64,000 nucleotides of DNA from Burkholderiales bacterium (GTDB lineage Bacteria; Pseudomonadota; Gammaproteobacteria; Burkholderiales; SG8-39). Location: positions 38,980 through 102,979 of the forward strand of contig JBFWWT010000002.1 of the NCBI GenBank assembly GCA_050246035.1, written 5' to 3'. Positions 10,136-19,400 of the stretch are shown here, piece by piece (position 1 is the stretch's first letter; the number at the start of each line of letters is the position of its first letter). The notes under the pieces were generated by a model. It saw only the letters and a list, made by a program, of their open reading frames with translations. It made no database searches and was not told where the DNA came from. The translations under genes were made by a program, and so were the position numbers.

Positions 10136-10713
10136 CGGCCCCCGAGGCGCTGCACGCTCATGAGCGTGCGATCGCCGCTCGCGTAGCGGATCTCGATCAC
10201 GGAGACGTCGGCGCGGCGCCCGGCGATGCGCACGCTCTCGACGAGCGAAGCCATCCCGGCCTCGCGCGGCGTGAGCGTGAGCGCCCAGGAGGAGGCGGCG
10301 CCTTCCAGGTGCAGCCTGTAGGCCCGCTCGAGCCCCGCCTGGTCGCCCGCGAGCGTGCCGCGGATGCTCTGCACGAAAGCGGCCGCCTCGGGATAGCTGC
10401 GCAGATCGAGGCGCAGGCGCTCATCGCCGCGCTCCAGCGTCAGCGTATCGCCCTCCAGGCGCAGCAGCTCCGGCTTCGGGCGCAGCGTTCGCTTCTCGAG
10501 GCGATCGGGCGCCTCGTAGCGCAGCTCGCCCGAGCTGACGAGCGGCCGTTCGAGCACCTGCACGGTCTTCTTCTCCACGAAGCTCGCGCGTGACTCGCGC
10601 TGCGCGGCGAAGCCCGCGAGCAGCCGCTCGAGCGTCCAGGGCTCGGCGCCGAAGGCCGCGAGCGCCCAGGCAAGGGCCAGGGCGGCGCTAACGCGTCTCG
10701 TCCCAGAAATCAT
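10132..10713 (-). CDS. LolA-like outer-membrane lipoprotein-carrier family protein
   Basis: Start at MISGTRRVSAALALAWALAAFG (signal peptide). About 190 aa. ATGA overlap with the MMPL gene. Family assignment rests on sequence resemblance and context. Confidence 0.65.
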   Translation of the reverse strand: MISGTRRVSAALALAWALAAFGAEPWTLERLLAGFAAQRESRASFVEKKTVQVLERPLVSSGELRYEAPDRLEKRTLRPKPELLRLEGDTLTLERGDERLRLDLRSYPEAAAFVQSIRGTLAGDQAGLERAYRLHLEGAASSWALTLTPREAGMASLVESVRIAGRRADVSVIEIRYASGDRTLMSVQRLGGR

Positions 10714-11572
10714 AGAAGTTGAACCAGTTGTAGGGCGCGGCACGGCAGTGCCGCTCCAGGCAGGCGACATACGCCTCGAGCGCCGACTCGGGCGAGGCGC
10801 CCGGGGCCGAGAAATCGGCGAGCGGCTCGAAGTGCAGGGCGTAGCGATTGCCGCCGAGATGGAGCCCCGCCATGAACAGCACCCGGCAGCGAAGCATCGC
10901 CGCCATGCGAAAGGGCCCGAGCGGGAACCGGGCTGGCGCGCCGAGGAAGCGCACCGTGCGCACCTCCTCGTCCTCGCGCAGCGCGCGGTCGCCGAGCACG
11001 CCCGCGATGCCGCCCTGCGCAAGCAGGTCGCGCACGCGCAGCATCGAGTCCAGCCGTCCGAGCGCGATCACGTCCTGGCGCGCGGCCGGGCTGATCGCCT
11101 CGAGGGCCTCGTTCACCATGCGCGCATTCTCCTCGTACATCACCATCGCCACGCGCAGGCCGGTGGCGCGCCGGCCGGGGGCGCGCAGGGCCTCGAAGCT
11201 CCCGAGGTGCGCGCCCACGAGGAGCGCGCCCCGGCCGCGCGCAAGCTCGGCCTGCAGCGCAGGCGCGCCGTGCAGCTCGAGCGAGAAGAGATCGAAGCGC
11301 TCATTGAGCAGGTATACCCGGTCGAGCACGGTGGCGGCGAAGGTGTAGAAGTGCCGGTAGAGATCGGCGAGCCCCGGCTGTCGTTCGAGCGTGCGGGTGA
11401 GATAGGCGCGCGAAGCGCGCCGCGCCCGCGGCCCGAAGGCGAGGAAGTAGGCGGTTATCGGGTGCAGCACGAGGCGCGCGACCCGCCGGCCGAGGCCGAG
11501 CGCGATCGCGCGCATGAGCCGAAGCGCGAGCCGATGGCTGCGCTCGGGGGCGCGCCGCCATGGCGCGGTCAC
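10688..11572 (-). CDS. LpxL/HtrB-family (lipid A-type) acyltransferase
   Basis: GTG start at 11572 gives a GTGA overlap with the upstream stop. N-terminus VTAPWRRAPERSHRLALRLMRAIALGLGRR...YF...RASRAYL fits this family. An alternative ATG exists at 11515. Confidence 0.7.
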   Translation of the reverse strand: MTAPWRRAPERSHRLALRLMRAIALGLGRRVARLVLHPITAYFLAFGPRARRASRAYLTRTLERQPGLADLYRHFYTFAATVLDRVYLLNERFDLFSLELHGAPALQAELARGRGALLVGAHLGSFEALRAPGRRATGLRVAMVMYEENARMVNEALEAISPAARQDVIALGRLDSMLRVRDLLAQGGIAGVLGDRALREDEEVRTVRFLGAPARFPLGPFRMAAMLRCRVLFMAGLHLGGNRYALHFEPLADFSAPGASPESALEAYVACLERHCRAAPYNWFNFYDFWDETR

Positions 11573-11838
11573 GCCGGGCCGAGCATGGCGCTCGCCACCA
11601 CGCGTCCTGCAACGCGCAGCTCGAGCCGCGTCGCGCCGATGCGCTCGACCTCGACCTCGGCATCCGGCGGCACCGGGTGCAGGAACTTCGCCGAGGCGAT
11701 CACCGTGCCCGAGCGGCCGAGGCCGAGCGCCTCGAGCGCGGCGGCGAGCAGCAGCGCGCCCGGCACGAGCGGCATCCCGGGGAAATGACCGGCGAAGACC
11801 GGGTGGCCGGCGGGAAAGCGCAGGCGCGCCGCGCTCAT
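11569..11838 (-). CDS. Small FabZ/FabA-like hotdog dehydratase (89 aa)
   Basis: MSAARLRFPAGHPVFAGHFPGMPLVPG carries the HxxxxPxxPG dehydratase active-site motif. ATGA and GTGA overlaps with its neighbours. Confidence 0.65.
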   Translation of the reverse strand: MSAARLRFPAGHPVFAGHFPGMPLVPGALLLAAALEALGLGRSGTVIASAKFLHPVPPDAEVEVERIGATRLELRVAGRVVASAMLGPA

Positions 11839-13175
11839 GCGCCCCCCCGCACGCCGTGCGCGTGCGCGAGGGCCCGCAGCGCCTCGTGCGGCAGCTTGCC
11901 CGTGGACGCGCGCGGCAGCCGCTCCAGCAGCACGAGCGGACGCGGCAGAAAGGCCGGGTCGATGCGCTGGCGCAGCTCGGCGAGCAGCTGCTCGCGCGTG
12001 AGCCCCGGCGCGACCACGAAGGCGGCGAGCCGCGCGATGCCGCCCGCCGCACCGCCCTGCGGCGCGTAGAACACGCCGTCGGCCACGCCGGCGATCGAGC
12101 GCAGCTGGGCGTCGAGGTGCGCGAGCGACGAGCGCTTGCCCGCCACGTTCACCATGTCGGCGAGGCGCCCGCGCAGCAGGAAGCGCTCGCGCGAGAGCGG
12201 CTCCAGCACGTCGGCGAGCGCCGTCGGCTGCTCGATGTGGCCGCCGCTCGCCCAGGCGGCCTCGCCGCGGAGCTCCACGGCGATGCCGGGGAGCGTGCGC
12301 CACGCCGGGCCCTGCGCGGTGCGCCGGGTGGCCATCTGCCCGGTCTCGGTGCAGCCGTAGATCTCGAGGAGCGGCGCGCCGAAGCGCGCCTCGGCTTGCT
12401 CCGCGAGCGGCGCATCGAGCGGCGCCGTCGCGCACAGCAGCAGGTCCGCGGCGGGCGGCGCCGGCGCGTCCTCGAGCAGGGCGCGCAGGTGAAACGGCGT
12501 GGTCACGAGCACGCGGGGGCGCGGCAGGCGCGCGAGCGCTGCGCAGATGTCCGCCGGATAGAAAGGCCGCTCGGCGACGAGCGCGCCGCCGCCCTGCAGC
12601 GCCGCGAGCACCGTGGACTCGAAGCCGTACATGTGCTGCGGCGGGACGGTGCCGAGAATCGCCGCCCGCGCGGGCGCGAGGTCCCAGCGCTCGAGGGCGC
12701 CGCGCACGTTGCGCGCGAGCGTGCCCCAGTGCTTGGCGTTGGGCACCGGCCTGCCGGTGGAGCCCGAGGTGAACACGATCGCGCACAGGCGCTCGGCGTC
12801 GATCGGCGGCACATCGAAGGCCGCGGGCGGAGCGGCGAGATCGCCCGGCACCTCGGTGCGCGGCAGCTCGATGGACGCGGTGCGCTCGTCGGCGAGCAGG
12901 TAGACGTCGCCGGCCAGCTCGCGCAGCCGCCGCACCGTCTGCGCGGTGTGGTCCGGGGGCAGCATCGTCACCTGCCCGCGCAGCAGCGCAGCGGCGAGCC
13001 CGACCGCGAAGCGATAGCGGTCGGCGCAGGCGTTGAGCACGTGGCGCGCCTCCGGCAGGCGCGCGGCGAGCCGGCGCGCATCGGCGAGGAACTGCGCCGC
13101 GGAGAGCGCCTGGCCTGCGCGCCAGGCCAAGGGCGAGTCCGCCGAAACGCCGGCGATGAGCGGTACCGCCGCCAT
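11835..13175 (-). CDS. AMP-dependent synthetase/ligase (adenylating starter-activating enzyme)
   Basis: Start at MAAVPLIAG. Adenylation motifs FTSGSTGRPV, YGCTETG and STGKL are present. Confidence 0.85.
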   Translation of the reverse strand: MAAVPLIAGVSADSPLAWRAGQALSAAQFLADARRLAARLPEARHVLNACADRYRFAVGLAAALLRGQVTMLPPDHTAQTVRRLRELAGDVYLLADERTASIELPRTEVPGDLAAPPAAFDVPPIDAERLCAIVFTSGSTGRPVPNAKHWGTLARNVRGALERWDLAPARAAILGTVPPQHMYGFESTVLAALQGGGALVAERPFYPADICAALARLPRPRVLVTTPFHLRALLEDAPAPPAADLLLCATAPLDAPLAEQAEARFGAPLLEIYGCTETGQMATRRTAQGPAWRTLPGIAVELRGEAAWASGGHIEQPTALADVLEPLSRERFLLRGRLADMVNVAGKRSSLAHLDAQLRSIAGVADGVFYAPQGGAAGGIARLAAFVVAPGLTREQLLAELRQRIDPAFLPRPLVLLERLPRASTGKLPHEALRALAHAHGVRGGA

Positions 13176-13183
13176 GCCGCGCC

Positions 13184-13714
13184 CTAGCGCGCGCCGGGCG
13201 AGTGGCTCGCGCCGCGCTCCCAGTAGGCGCGCACGCTGCGCAGCACGCCGCCGTGGCACAGCTCCGGCCGCGTGCGCAGGCGCACGGCGAACTCGGCGAC
13301 GAACATGGCGCCGACCAGGGGCAGCGAGAGCACGTTGGCGAACAGCGACCAGAGCTCGAGCGGCGCGAGGAAGTACAGCAGCGTCGAGGCCGCGGCCATC
13401 GCCGCGCAGAACGCGGCCCAGGCGAGGGTGGCGCCGCGCGTGTAGGCGAGGCCCGGCGCATCGAGCGCCTCGCCGGCGAGGCGCGCGAATCGCGTCACCA
13501 GCGGCTCGCGCCCGCCGCGCAGGCTCGCGCCGAACCACGCGGCGAGCGCGACGAACATGGCGAGATGCTGCAGGTAGTAGAACCAGGGCACGTACGGCGC
13601 GAGGCGTCCCAGCGAGGCGCCGCCTTCGGCGGTCGTCAGCCAGTGCGCGAATACCGCATAGGCGAGGCCGAGCGCGAGGAGCAGCACGAGCCAGCCGGTG
13701 CGCCCGAGCCTCAC
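13184..13714 (-). CDS. Integral membrane protein of unknown function
   Basis: GTG start forms a GTGA overlap with the ACP stop. Several hydrophobic helices (WLVLLLALGLAYAVF, HLAMFVALAAWF, LAWAAFCAAMAAASTLLYF, LPLVGAMFVAEF). High GC3. Confidence 0.55.
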   Translation of the reverse strand: MRLGRTGWLVLLLALGLAYAVFAHWLTTAEGGASLGRLAPYVPWFYYLQHLAMFVALAAWFGASLRGGREPLVTRFARLAGEALDAPGLAYTRGATLAWAAFCAAMAAASTLLYFLAPLELWSLFANVLSLPLVGAMFVAEFAVRLRTRPELCHGGVLRSVRAYWERGASHSPGAR

Positions 13715-14010
13715 TTCGTGCGATTCTGCGCGATGAAGCGGGCGAGGTTGGAGAGCGAGGCGAAGATCACCGCGTTGTCCTCGTGATCCGAGCGCAGCCG
13801 CACGCCGTAGCGGCGCGAGACGACGAGCGCCAGCTCCAGGATGTCGATCGAGTCCAGGCCCAGGCCCTCGCCGTACAGGGGCGCCGCCGGGTCGATCTCG
13901 GCGGCCTTCGCGTCCAGGTTGAGCTCGGTTACCGCGAGCTCCGCGAGCTCCTCGACGAGGCCGGGATCGGCGGCGGGCGCGAGCTCGGCGTTGAAAGGGA
14001 CGCTGGCCAT
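13711..14010 (-). CDS. Acyl carrier protein
   Basis: 99 aa with the phosphopantetheine attachment motif LGLDSIDILEL. Confidence 0.8.
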   Translation of the reverse strand: MASVPFNAELAPAADPGLVEELAELAVTELNLDAKAAEIDPAAPLYGEGLGLDSIDILELALVVSRRYGVRLRSDHEDNAVIFASLSNLARFIAQNRTK

Positions 14011-14042
14011 GGGCGGCAGTGTAGCGGGTGGCCCGGCCGCGT

Positions 14043-15296
14043 TCAATCCGACACGGCGCGCAGGGCGAGCACCGCGTTGGCGCCGCCGAAGGCGAACGAA
14101 TTGGAGAGCGCGACCCGCGGCCGCGCGCCGCGCCGAGCCGCGCCGAGCACGTGATCGAGGCCGCGGCAGGCCTCGTCGAGGCCGGCTTCCTCGCCCAGCG
14201 TCGGTGGCAGGTCGCCGCTCGCCAGCGAGAGCACCGTCGCCACGGCCTCGATCGCCCCGGCGGCGCCGAGCGGATGCCCGTGGGCGGACTTGGTCGCGCT
14301 GACCGCGACGCGCGCGGCATCGCCTCCCAGCGCGGCGACCAGCGCGGCCACTTCCACCGCGTCGCCCTCGCGCGTGCCGGTGGCGTGCGCGTTCACGTAA
14401 TCCACGTCGGCGGGCGCGAGGCCTGCGTCGGCGAGCGCAGCGCGCAGCGCGCGTGCCTGTCCTTCGGCGTCCGGGCGCACGAGGTTCGTGCGGTCGCAGG
14501 ACTCGCCATAGCCCGCGATCTCCGCGTAGACGCGCGCGCCGCGCGCCTCGGCTCGCGCGCGGTCCTCCAGCACCAGGGCGGCCGCCCCCTCGGCGAGCAC
14601 GAGCCCCGCGCGCGCGGCCATGAAGGGCCGGCACGCGCCGCTCGCCGACGCGTCATTGCCCGGCGCGAGCACCTGCAGCGCCAGCCATGCCCGGATCACG
14701 CCGTAGCCGAGCGGCGCCTCCGAGCCGCCGGCGATCATCACGGGCGCGGCGCCCGCGCGCACGCGGCGGAATGCCTCGCCGATCGCCGCCGCGGCCGAGG
14801 CGCAGGCCACCGAGTAGGTCAGGCAGGATCCGCCCAGGCCGAGGCCGATCGCGAGGTGCCCGGCGCACGCGTTGTTCATCGCCTGAACCACCGTCATCGG
14901 CGCGAGGCGGTCGCGGCCGGCCGCGTAGACGTCGCGGTAGCCGCGCTCGTAGGTCAGGGCGCCGCCCATGCCGGTGCCCCAGGCCACGCCCCAGTCGCCG
15001 CGGTCCTCGCCCGCCTTCTCGGCAAGGCCCGCGTCGCGCCAGGCCTCGAGCGCGGCCGCCACGCCGAGATGGCTGTAGCGGTCCATGGCGAGCGCTCGCG
15101 GCTTGCCGAGCGCGGAGGCGGCGTCGAAATCGGCGCACACGCCCGCGGGCACCGCGAGCGGCCGCGGCGCGCCTTCGGGCGAGTACGAGCGGATGCCGGA
15201 GCGCCCGGCGAGCAGCGCCTCGAACGAGGCCGCCGCCGTCGCGCCCACCGGGCTCACCATGCCGACCCCGGTGACCGCGACGCGACGCGGCTTCAT
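14043..15296 (-). CDS. Beta-ketoacyl-ACP synthase II-like (FabF-type)
   Basis: Start at MKPRRVAVTGVGMVSPVG. Active-site Cys in YSVACASAAAA, with His motifs NAHATGT and SAHGHPLGAAG. Confidence 0.9.
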   Translation of the reverse strand: MKPRRVAVTGVGMVSPVGATAAASFEALLAGRSGIRSYSPEGAPRPLAVPAGVCADFDAASALGKPRALAMDRYSHLGVAAALEAWRDAGLAEKAGEDRGDWGVAWGTGMGGALTYERGYRDVYAAGRDRLAPMTVVQAMNNACAGHLAIGLGLGGSCLTYSVACASAAAAIGEAFRRVRAGAAPVMIAGGSEAPLGYGVIRAWLALQVLAPGNDASASGACRPFMAARAGLVLAEGAAALVLEDRARAEARGARVYAEIAGYGESCDRTNLVRPDAEGQARALRAALADAGLAPADVDYVNAHATGTREGDAVEVAALVAALGGDAARVAVSATKSAHGHPLGAAGAIEAVATVLSLASGDLPPTLGEEAGLDEACRGLDHVLGAARRGARPRVALSNSFAFGGANAVLALRAVSD

Positions 15297-15532
15297 GGCC
15301 CCGTCGCGACGCGCTCGACGAGCGCCGCCAGCTCGCCGCAACTGCGCGGCGGCGGCGTGTCCTCCGCCAGCTTCACGCCGAACTTCTCCTCGATCTCGAA
15401 CATGAGCTCGAGCAGCGTGAGCGAGTCCACGCCGAGCCCGGCGAGCTCGGCGTCGGGCGGCGCGGCCTGCAGGTCGATGCCGAGCCGCTCCTGGATGAAC
15501 CGGAAGCCCGGCCCGGCTTCCCGGTGGCCCAT
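15293..15532 (-). CDS. Acyl carrier protein
   Basis: 79 aa with the motif LGVDSLTLLEL. ATGA overlap with the downstream KS gene. Confidence 0.75.
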   Translation of the reverse strand: MGHREAGPGFRFIQERLGIDLQAAPPDAELAGLGVDSLTLLELMFEIEEKFGVKLAEDTPPPRSCGELAALVERVATGP

Positions 15533-15539
15533 GCCCGGC

Positions 15540-16502
15540 CTACTTGCCGGCCGCCTTGCCGATCTTCAGCACGGCGGCGCGCAGGCGGTTGGCATCCTCG
15601 GTCCAGAAGTCCTTGAACTCCGGCGCATCGAGGTAGTTGATCGGCGTGCGCACCTTGGCCATGGCGCCCTTGAACTGCGGGTCGGCCACGGCGGCGCGCA
15701 CCGCGGCGCGCAGCTTGTGCTGCGCCTCCGCCGGCGTCCCCGCGGGCGCGACGACGCCCGCCCAGATGTAGAACTCGACGTCCTTGTAGCCGAGCTCCTT
15801 GAAGGTCGGCAGCTCGGGCATCAGATCGAGGCGCTTGGCGCCCCAGCCGGCGAGCGCGCGCATCTTGCCCGCCTGGATCTGGCCGACCGCGGCCGCGGGT
15901 CCCGAGGCAAGCGCCTGCACTTCGCCCGAGAGCAGCGCCCGCACGGCCGGCCCGCCGCCCTGGTAGGGCACGTGGAAGAGCTGGATGCCGGCCGAGCCCG
16001 CGAACATCTCCATGGCGACGTGCAGCGTGCCGAACACGCCCGAGGACGAGAAATTGATCTTGCCGGGGTTCGCCTTTGCCGCGGCCACGAAATCGTCCAC
16101 GGTCTTGTAGGGGCTCGAGGCGCTCACCACGAGCACCGTGGGGTCCGCGGTGACCAGCGCGATCGGCACGAAGTCGGAGATCTGGTACGGCGCCTGCTTG
16201 CCCTGCAGCGGATCGGACACCGGAAAGATGGAGATCGAGGAAAGCGCCATCAGGATCGTGTAGCCGTCGGGGTCCGCCTTGGCCGCGGCCGTCATGCCGA
16301 CCGCGCCGCCGGCCCCGGGGCGATTGAGCACGACCACGGGCTGGCCGAGCGTCTTTTCCATCGACACCGCGAGCGGGCGGCCGACGATGTCGGCCACGCC
16401 GCCCGGCGGGAACGGCACGATCATCGTGATGGGCTTGGTCGGGTACTGCGCGTGCGCGCCAAAGGCGAGCGCGGCGCCGACAACGGCGAGCAGCTTCTTC
16501 AT
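15540..16502 (-). CDS. Bug/TctC-family (tripartite tricarboxylate transporter) periplasmic substrate-binding protein
   Basis: Start at [35 protein letters not shown], a hallmark Bug N-terminus. It is the C-terminal part of the 1217-aa ORF 15540..19193. Confidence 0.9.
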   Translation of the reverse strand: MKKLLAVVGAALAFGAHAQYPTKPITMIVPFPPGGVADIVGRPLAVSMEKTLGQPVVVLNRPGAGGAVGMTAAAKADPDGYTILMALSSISIFPVSDPLQGKQAPYQISDFVPIALVTADPTVLVVSASSPYKTVDDFVAAAKANPGKINFSSSGVFGTLHVAMEMFAGSAGIQLFHVPYQGGGPAVRALLSGEVQALASGPAAAVGQIQAGKMRALAGWGAKRLDLMPELPTFKELGYKDVEFYIWAGVVAPAGTPAEAQHKLRAAVRAAVADPQFKGAMAKVRTPINYLDAPEFKDFWTEDANRLRAAVLKIGKAAGK

Positions 16503-17299
16503 GATTCGGATCCTCCCCCTGGTATGCCTGCAACCACGTTGCGAAAACCTCCGTCCACGTACATTACCTCGCCCGTGACGCCGGCGGCGAGTTCCGAGAG
16601 CAGGAAGGCGGCGGCATTGCCGACGTCCTCGGTGGTGACGTTGCGCCGCAGCGGCGCGTGCGCCTCGACGAACTTGAGGATCTTGCCGAACCCCGAGATG
16701 CCCGAGGCGGCGAGCGTCTTGATGGGCCCGGCCGAGATGCCGTTCACGCGGATGCCGCGCGGCCCGAGGTCCGCGGCGAGGTAGCGCACGGAGGCCTCCA
16801 GGCTCGCCTTGGCGAGGCCCATCGTGTTGTAGTTCGGCACCACGCGCTCGGCGCCGAGATAGGTCAGGGTGACGAGCGCGCCCCGGCGGCCCTGCATCAT
16901 CGGCAGCGCCGCCTTGGCGAGCGCCGGGAAGCTGTACGCGGAGACCTCGTGCGCGACGCGGAATGCCTCGCGCGACAGGCCCTCCAGGAACTCGCCCGCG
17001 ATCGCCTCGCGCGGCGCAAAGGCGATGGCGTGCACGAGCCCGTCGAGCCCGTCCCAGCGCCGGCCCAGCTCGGCGAACAGCGCCGCGATCTGCGCGTCCT
17101 CGGCCACGTCGCAGGGCAGCGCGATGTCCGAGCCGAGCTCGCGCGCCATGTCCGTCACGCGATCCCGGAAGCGCTCGTTCTGGTAGGTGAACGCGAGCTC
17201 GGCGCCCTCCCGGCGCGCGGCCTGCGCCACGCCGTAGGCGATCGAGCGGTTGCTGAGCAGCCCGGTGACGAGGATGCGCTTGCCTGCGAGGATCGGCAT
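16499..17299 (-). CDS. fabI: Enoyl-ACP reductase FabI
   Basis: [27 protein letters not shown]... is collinear with E. coli FabI ([13 protein letters not shown]..., [23 protein letters not shown]). The stop overlaps the Bug start (ATGA). Confidence 0.9.
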   Translation of the reverse strand: MPILAGKRILVTGLLSNRSIAYGVAQAARREGAELAFTYQNERFRDRVTDMARELGSDIALPCDVAEDAQIAALFAELGRRWDGLDGLVHAIAFAPREAIAGEFLEGLSREAFRVAHEVSAYSFPALAKAALPMMQGRRGALVTLTYLGAERVVPNYNTMGLAKASLEASVRYLAADLGPRGIRVNGISAGPIKTLAASGISGFGKILKFVEAHAPLRRNVTTEDVGNAAAFLLSELAAGVTGEVMYVDGGFRNVVAGIPGGGSES

Positions 17300-17311
17300 G
17301 ATGCGGCCGAT

Positions 17312-17317
17312 TATACT
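17312..17317 (+). promoter_or_regulatory. Possible -10 hexamer (TATACT), 7 nt upstream of the ATG of the binding-protein gene
   Basis: The fabI/SBP divergent gap is only 25 nt and has no Shine-Dalgarno sequence. TATACT at 17312-17317 is followed by 7 nt and then A17325 of the ATG. This is a pattern match only. Confidence 0.2.
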
Positions 17318-17324
17318 TGCGCGC

Positions 17325-19400
17325 ATGCGCTCGCTCCTCGTCGTGCTGGCGTTCCTCGCGGCGGGCTGCGCCGAGGTGTGGAACGATCCGTATCCGGCGG
17401 CCGACCGGGGCGCGAGCATTCTCTACACGGCGTTCACCGAGCGCCCCAAGCACCTCGATCCGGTGCAGTCCTACACCGAGGACGAGGCGCGCTTCACGCA
17501 GCAGGTCTACGAGCCGCCGCTGCAGTATCACTACCTCAAGCGGCCCTACGAGCTCGTGCCGCTTACCGCGCTCGAGGTGCCGCAGGCGCGCGAAATCCAG
17601 GGCGGTCGCTACACGGTGTACACGATCCGCATCCGCAAGGGCATCCGCTACCAGCCGCACGCGGCGTTCGTGCCGGAGAACCTCGACCTGCCGCGCGAGC
17701 GCGTCGAGCGCCTGCGCACGCCCTACCAGCTGCCGCTCGGCACGCGCGAGCTCACCGCGGACGACTACATCTACCAGATCAAGCGCCTGGCGAGCCCGCG
17801 CCTGCACTCGCCGATCCTCGGCCTGATGCAGCAGTACATCGTCGGACTGGAGGCGTTCGCCGAGCGGCTGCGGCGCTTCGACACGCGCAAGCAGGACTGG
17901 CTCGACCTGCGCAAGCACCCGCTGGAGGGCGTGCAGAAGGTGGACGACCACACCTTCCGCGTGACGCTCAAGGGAAGCTACCCCCAGTTCGTGTACTGGC
18001 TGGCGATGCCGTTTTTCGCGCCGGTGCCCTGGGAGGCCGAGCGCTTCTTCCACCAGCCGGGCATGGCGGAGAAGAACTTCACGCTCGACTGGTGGCCGGT
18101 GGGAACGGGCGCCTACATGCTCACCGAGAACGACCCGAACGCGCGCATGGTGCTCGAGCGCAATCCGAATTTCCGCGGCGAGCCCTACCCGTCGGAAGGA
18201 GAGCCGGGCGATGCCGAGGCGGGGCTGCTCGCGGATGCCGGCAGGACGATGCCTTTCGTCGAGCGCGTGGTGTTCACGCGGGAGAAGGAGAGCATCCCCT
18301 ACTGGAACAAGTTCCTGCAGGGCTACTACGACTCTTCGGGCATCCCGAGCGACACCTTCGACCAGGCGGTGCGCGTGGCCGTGGGCGGCGAGGTGGCGCT
18401 CACCCCCGAGATGGCCGCGAAGGGCATCCGGCTTCGCACCTCGCCCGACATCACCATTCTCTACCTCGGCGTGAACTGGCTGGACGAGGTGCTCGGCGGG
18501 CACTCGGAGCGCGCGCGGAAGCTCCGCCACGCGATCGCCATCGCCGTGGACTGGGAGGAGTTCATCTCCATCTTCCTGAACGGGCGCGGCCGCGTGGCGC
18601 ACGATCCGCTCGCGCCGGGCATCTTCGGCCAGAGGACCGGGCGCGAGGGCATCAATCCCGTGACCCACGTCTGGGAGAACGGGCGCGCGCAGCGCCGATC
18701 CGTGGAGGAGGCGAGGAAGCTCCTCGCCGAGGCGGGCTACCCGAACGGGCGCGACGCGAAGACCGGCGAGCCGCTCGTGCTCTACCTGGACACCGTGGGC
18801 CGCGGCCCCGGCGACAAGCCCCGCTTCGACTGGTGGCGCCGCCAGTTCGCGAAGATCTCGGTGCAGCTCGAGATCCGCGACACCGACTGGAACCGATTCC
18901 AGGAGAAGATCCGCAAGGGCAGCCAGCAGCTCTACATCCTGGGCTGGAACGCCGACTACCCGGACCCGGAGAACCTGATGTTCCTCCTGCACGGGCCGCA
19001 GTCGCGCGCGAAGACCCAGGGCGAGAACACCTCGAACTACGCGAACGCGGAGTTCGACCGCCTGTTCGAGCGCATGAAGCACATGCCCAACACGGCCGAG
19101 CGCCAGGCGATCATCGACCGCATGGTGGAGGTATACCGGCGCGACGCGCCGTGGGTCGGGGGCTTTCATCCCGTGTCCTACGGGCTGTCGCACGCCTGGA
19201 TGAAGAACGGCAAGCCGAACAACATGGCGCGCAACAACCTGAAGTACCTGCGCGTGGACGTCGAGCTGCGCGAGAAGCTGCGGCGGGAGTGGAACCAGCC
19301 TATCGTCTGGCCCGCGCTCCTGCTGCTCGCGGTCCTCGTCGGCGGGTCGATCCCGGCCTTCGCCAGCTATCGCCGGCGCGAGCGGATGGCGGCGCGATGA
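17325..19400 (+). CDS. ABC transporter substrate-binding lipoprotein, family 5 (YejA-like peptide binding protein)
   Basis: Start at [15 protein letters not shown] (lipobox). About 690 aa, family-5 SBP-like. First gene of a YejABEF-ordered operon. Confidence 0.85.
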   Translation: MRSLLVVLAFLAAGCAEVWNDPYPAADRGASILYTAFTERPKHLDPVQSYTEDEARFTQQVYEPPLQYHYLKRPYELVPLTALEVPQAREIQGGRYTVYTIRIRKGIRYQPHAAFVPENLDLPRERVERLRTPYQLPLGTRELTADDYIYQIKRLASPRLHSPILGLMQQYIVGLEAFAERLRRFDTRKQDWLDLRKHPLEGVQKVDDHTFRVTLKGSYPQFVYWLAMPFFAPVPWEAERFFHQPGMAEKNFTLDWWPVGTGAYMLTENDPNARMVLERNPNFRGEPYPSEGEPGDAEAGLLADAGRTMPFVERVVFTREKESIPYWNKFLQGYYDSSGIPSDTFDQAVRVAVGGEVALTPEMAAKGIRLRTSPDITILYLGVNWLDEVLGGHSERARKLRHAIAIAVDWEEFISIFLNGRGRVAHDPLAPGIFGQRTGREGINPVTHVWENGRAQRRSVEEARKLLAEAGYPNGRDAKTGEPLVLYLDTVGRGPGDKPRFDWWRRQFAKISVQLEIRDTDWNRFQEKIRKGSQQLYILGWNADYPDPENLMFLLHGPQSRAKTQGENTSNYANAEFDRLFERMKHMPNTAERQAIIDRMVEVYRRDAPWVGGFHPVSYGLSHAWMKNGKPNNMARNNLKYLRVDVELREKLRREWNQPIVWPALLLLAVLVGGSIPAFASYRRRERMAAR

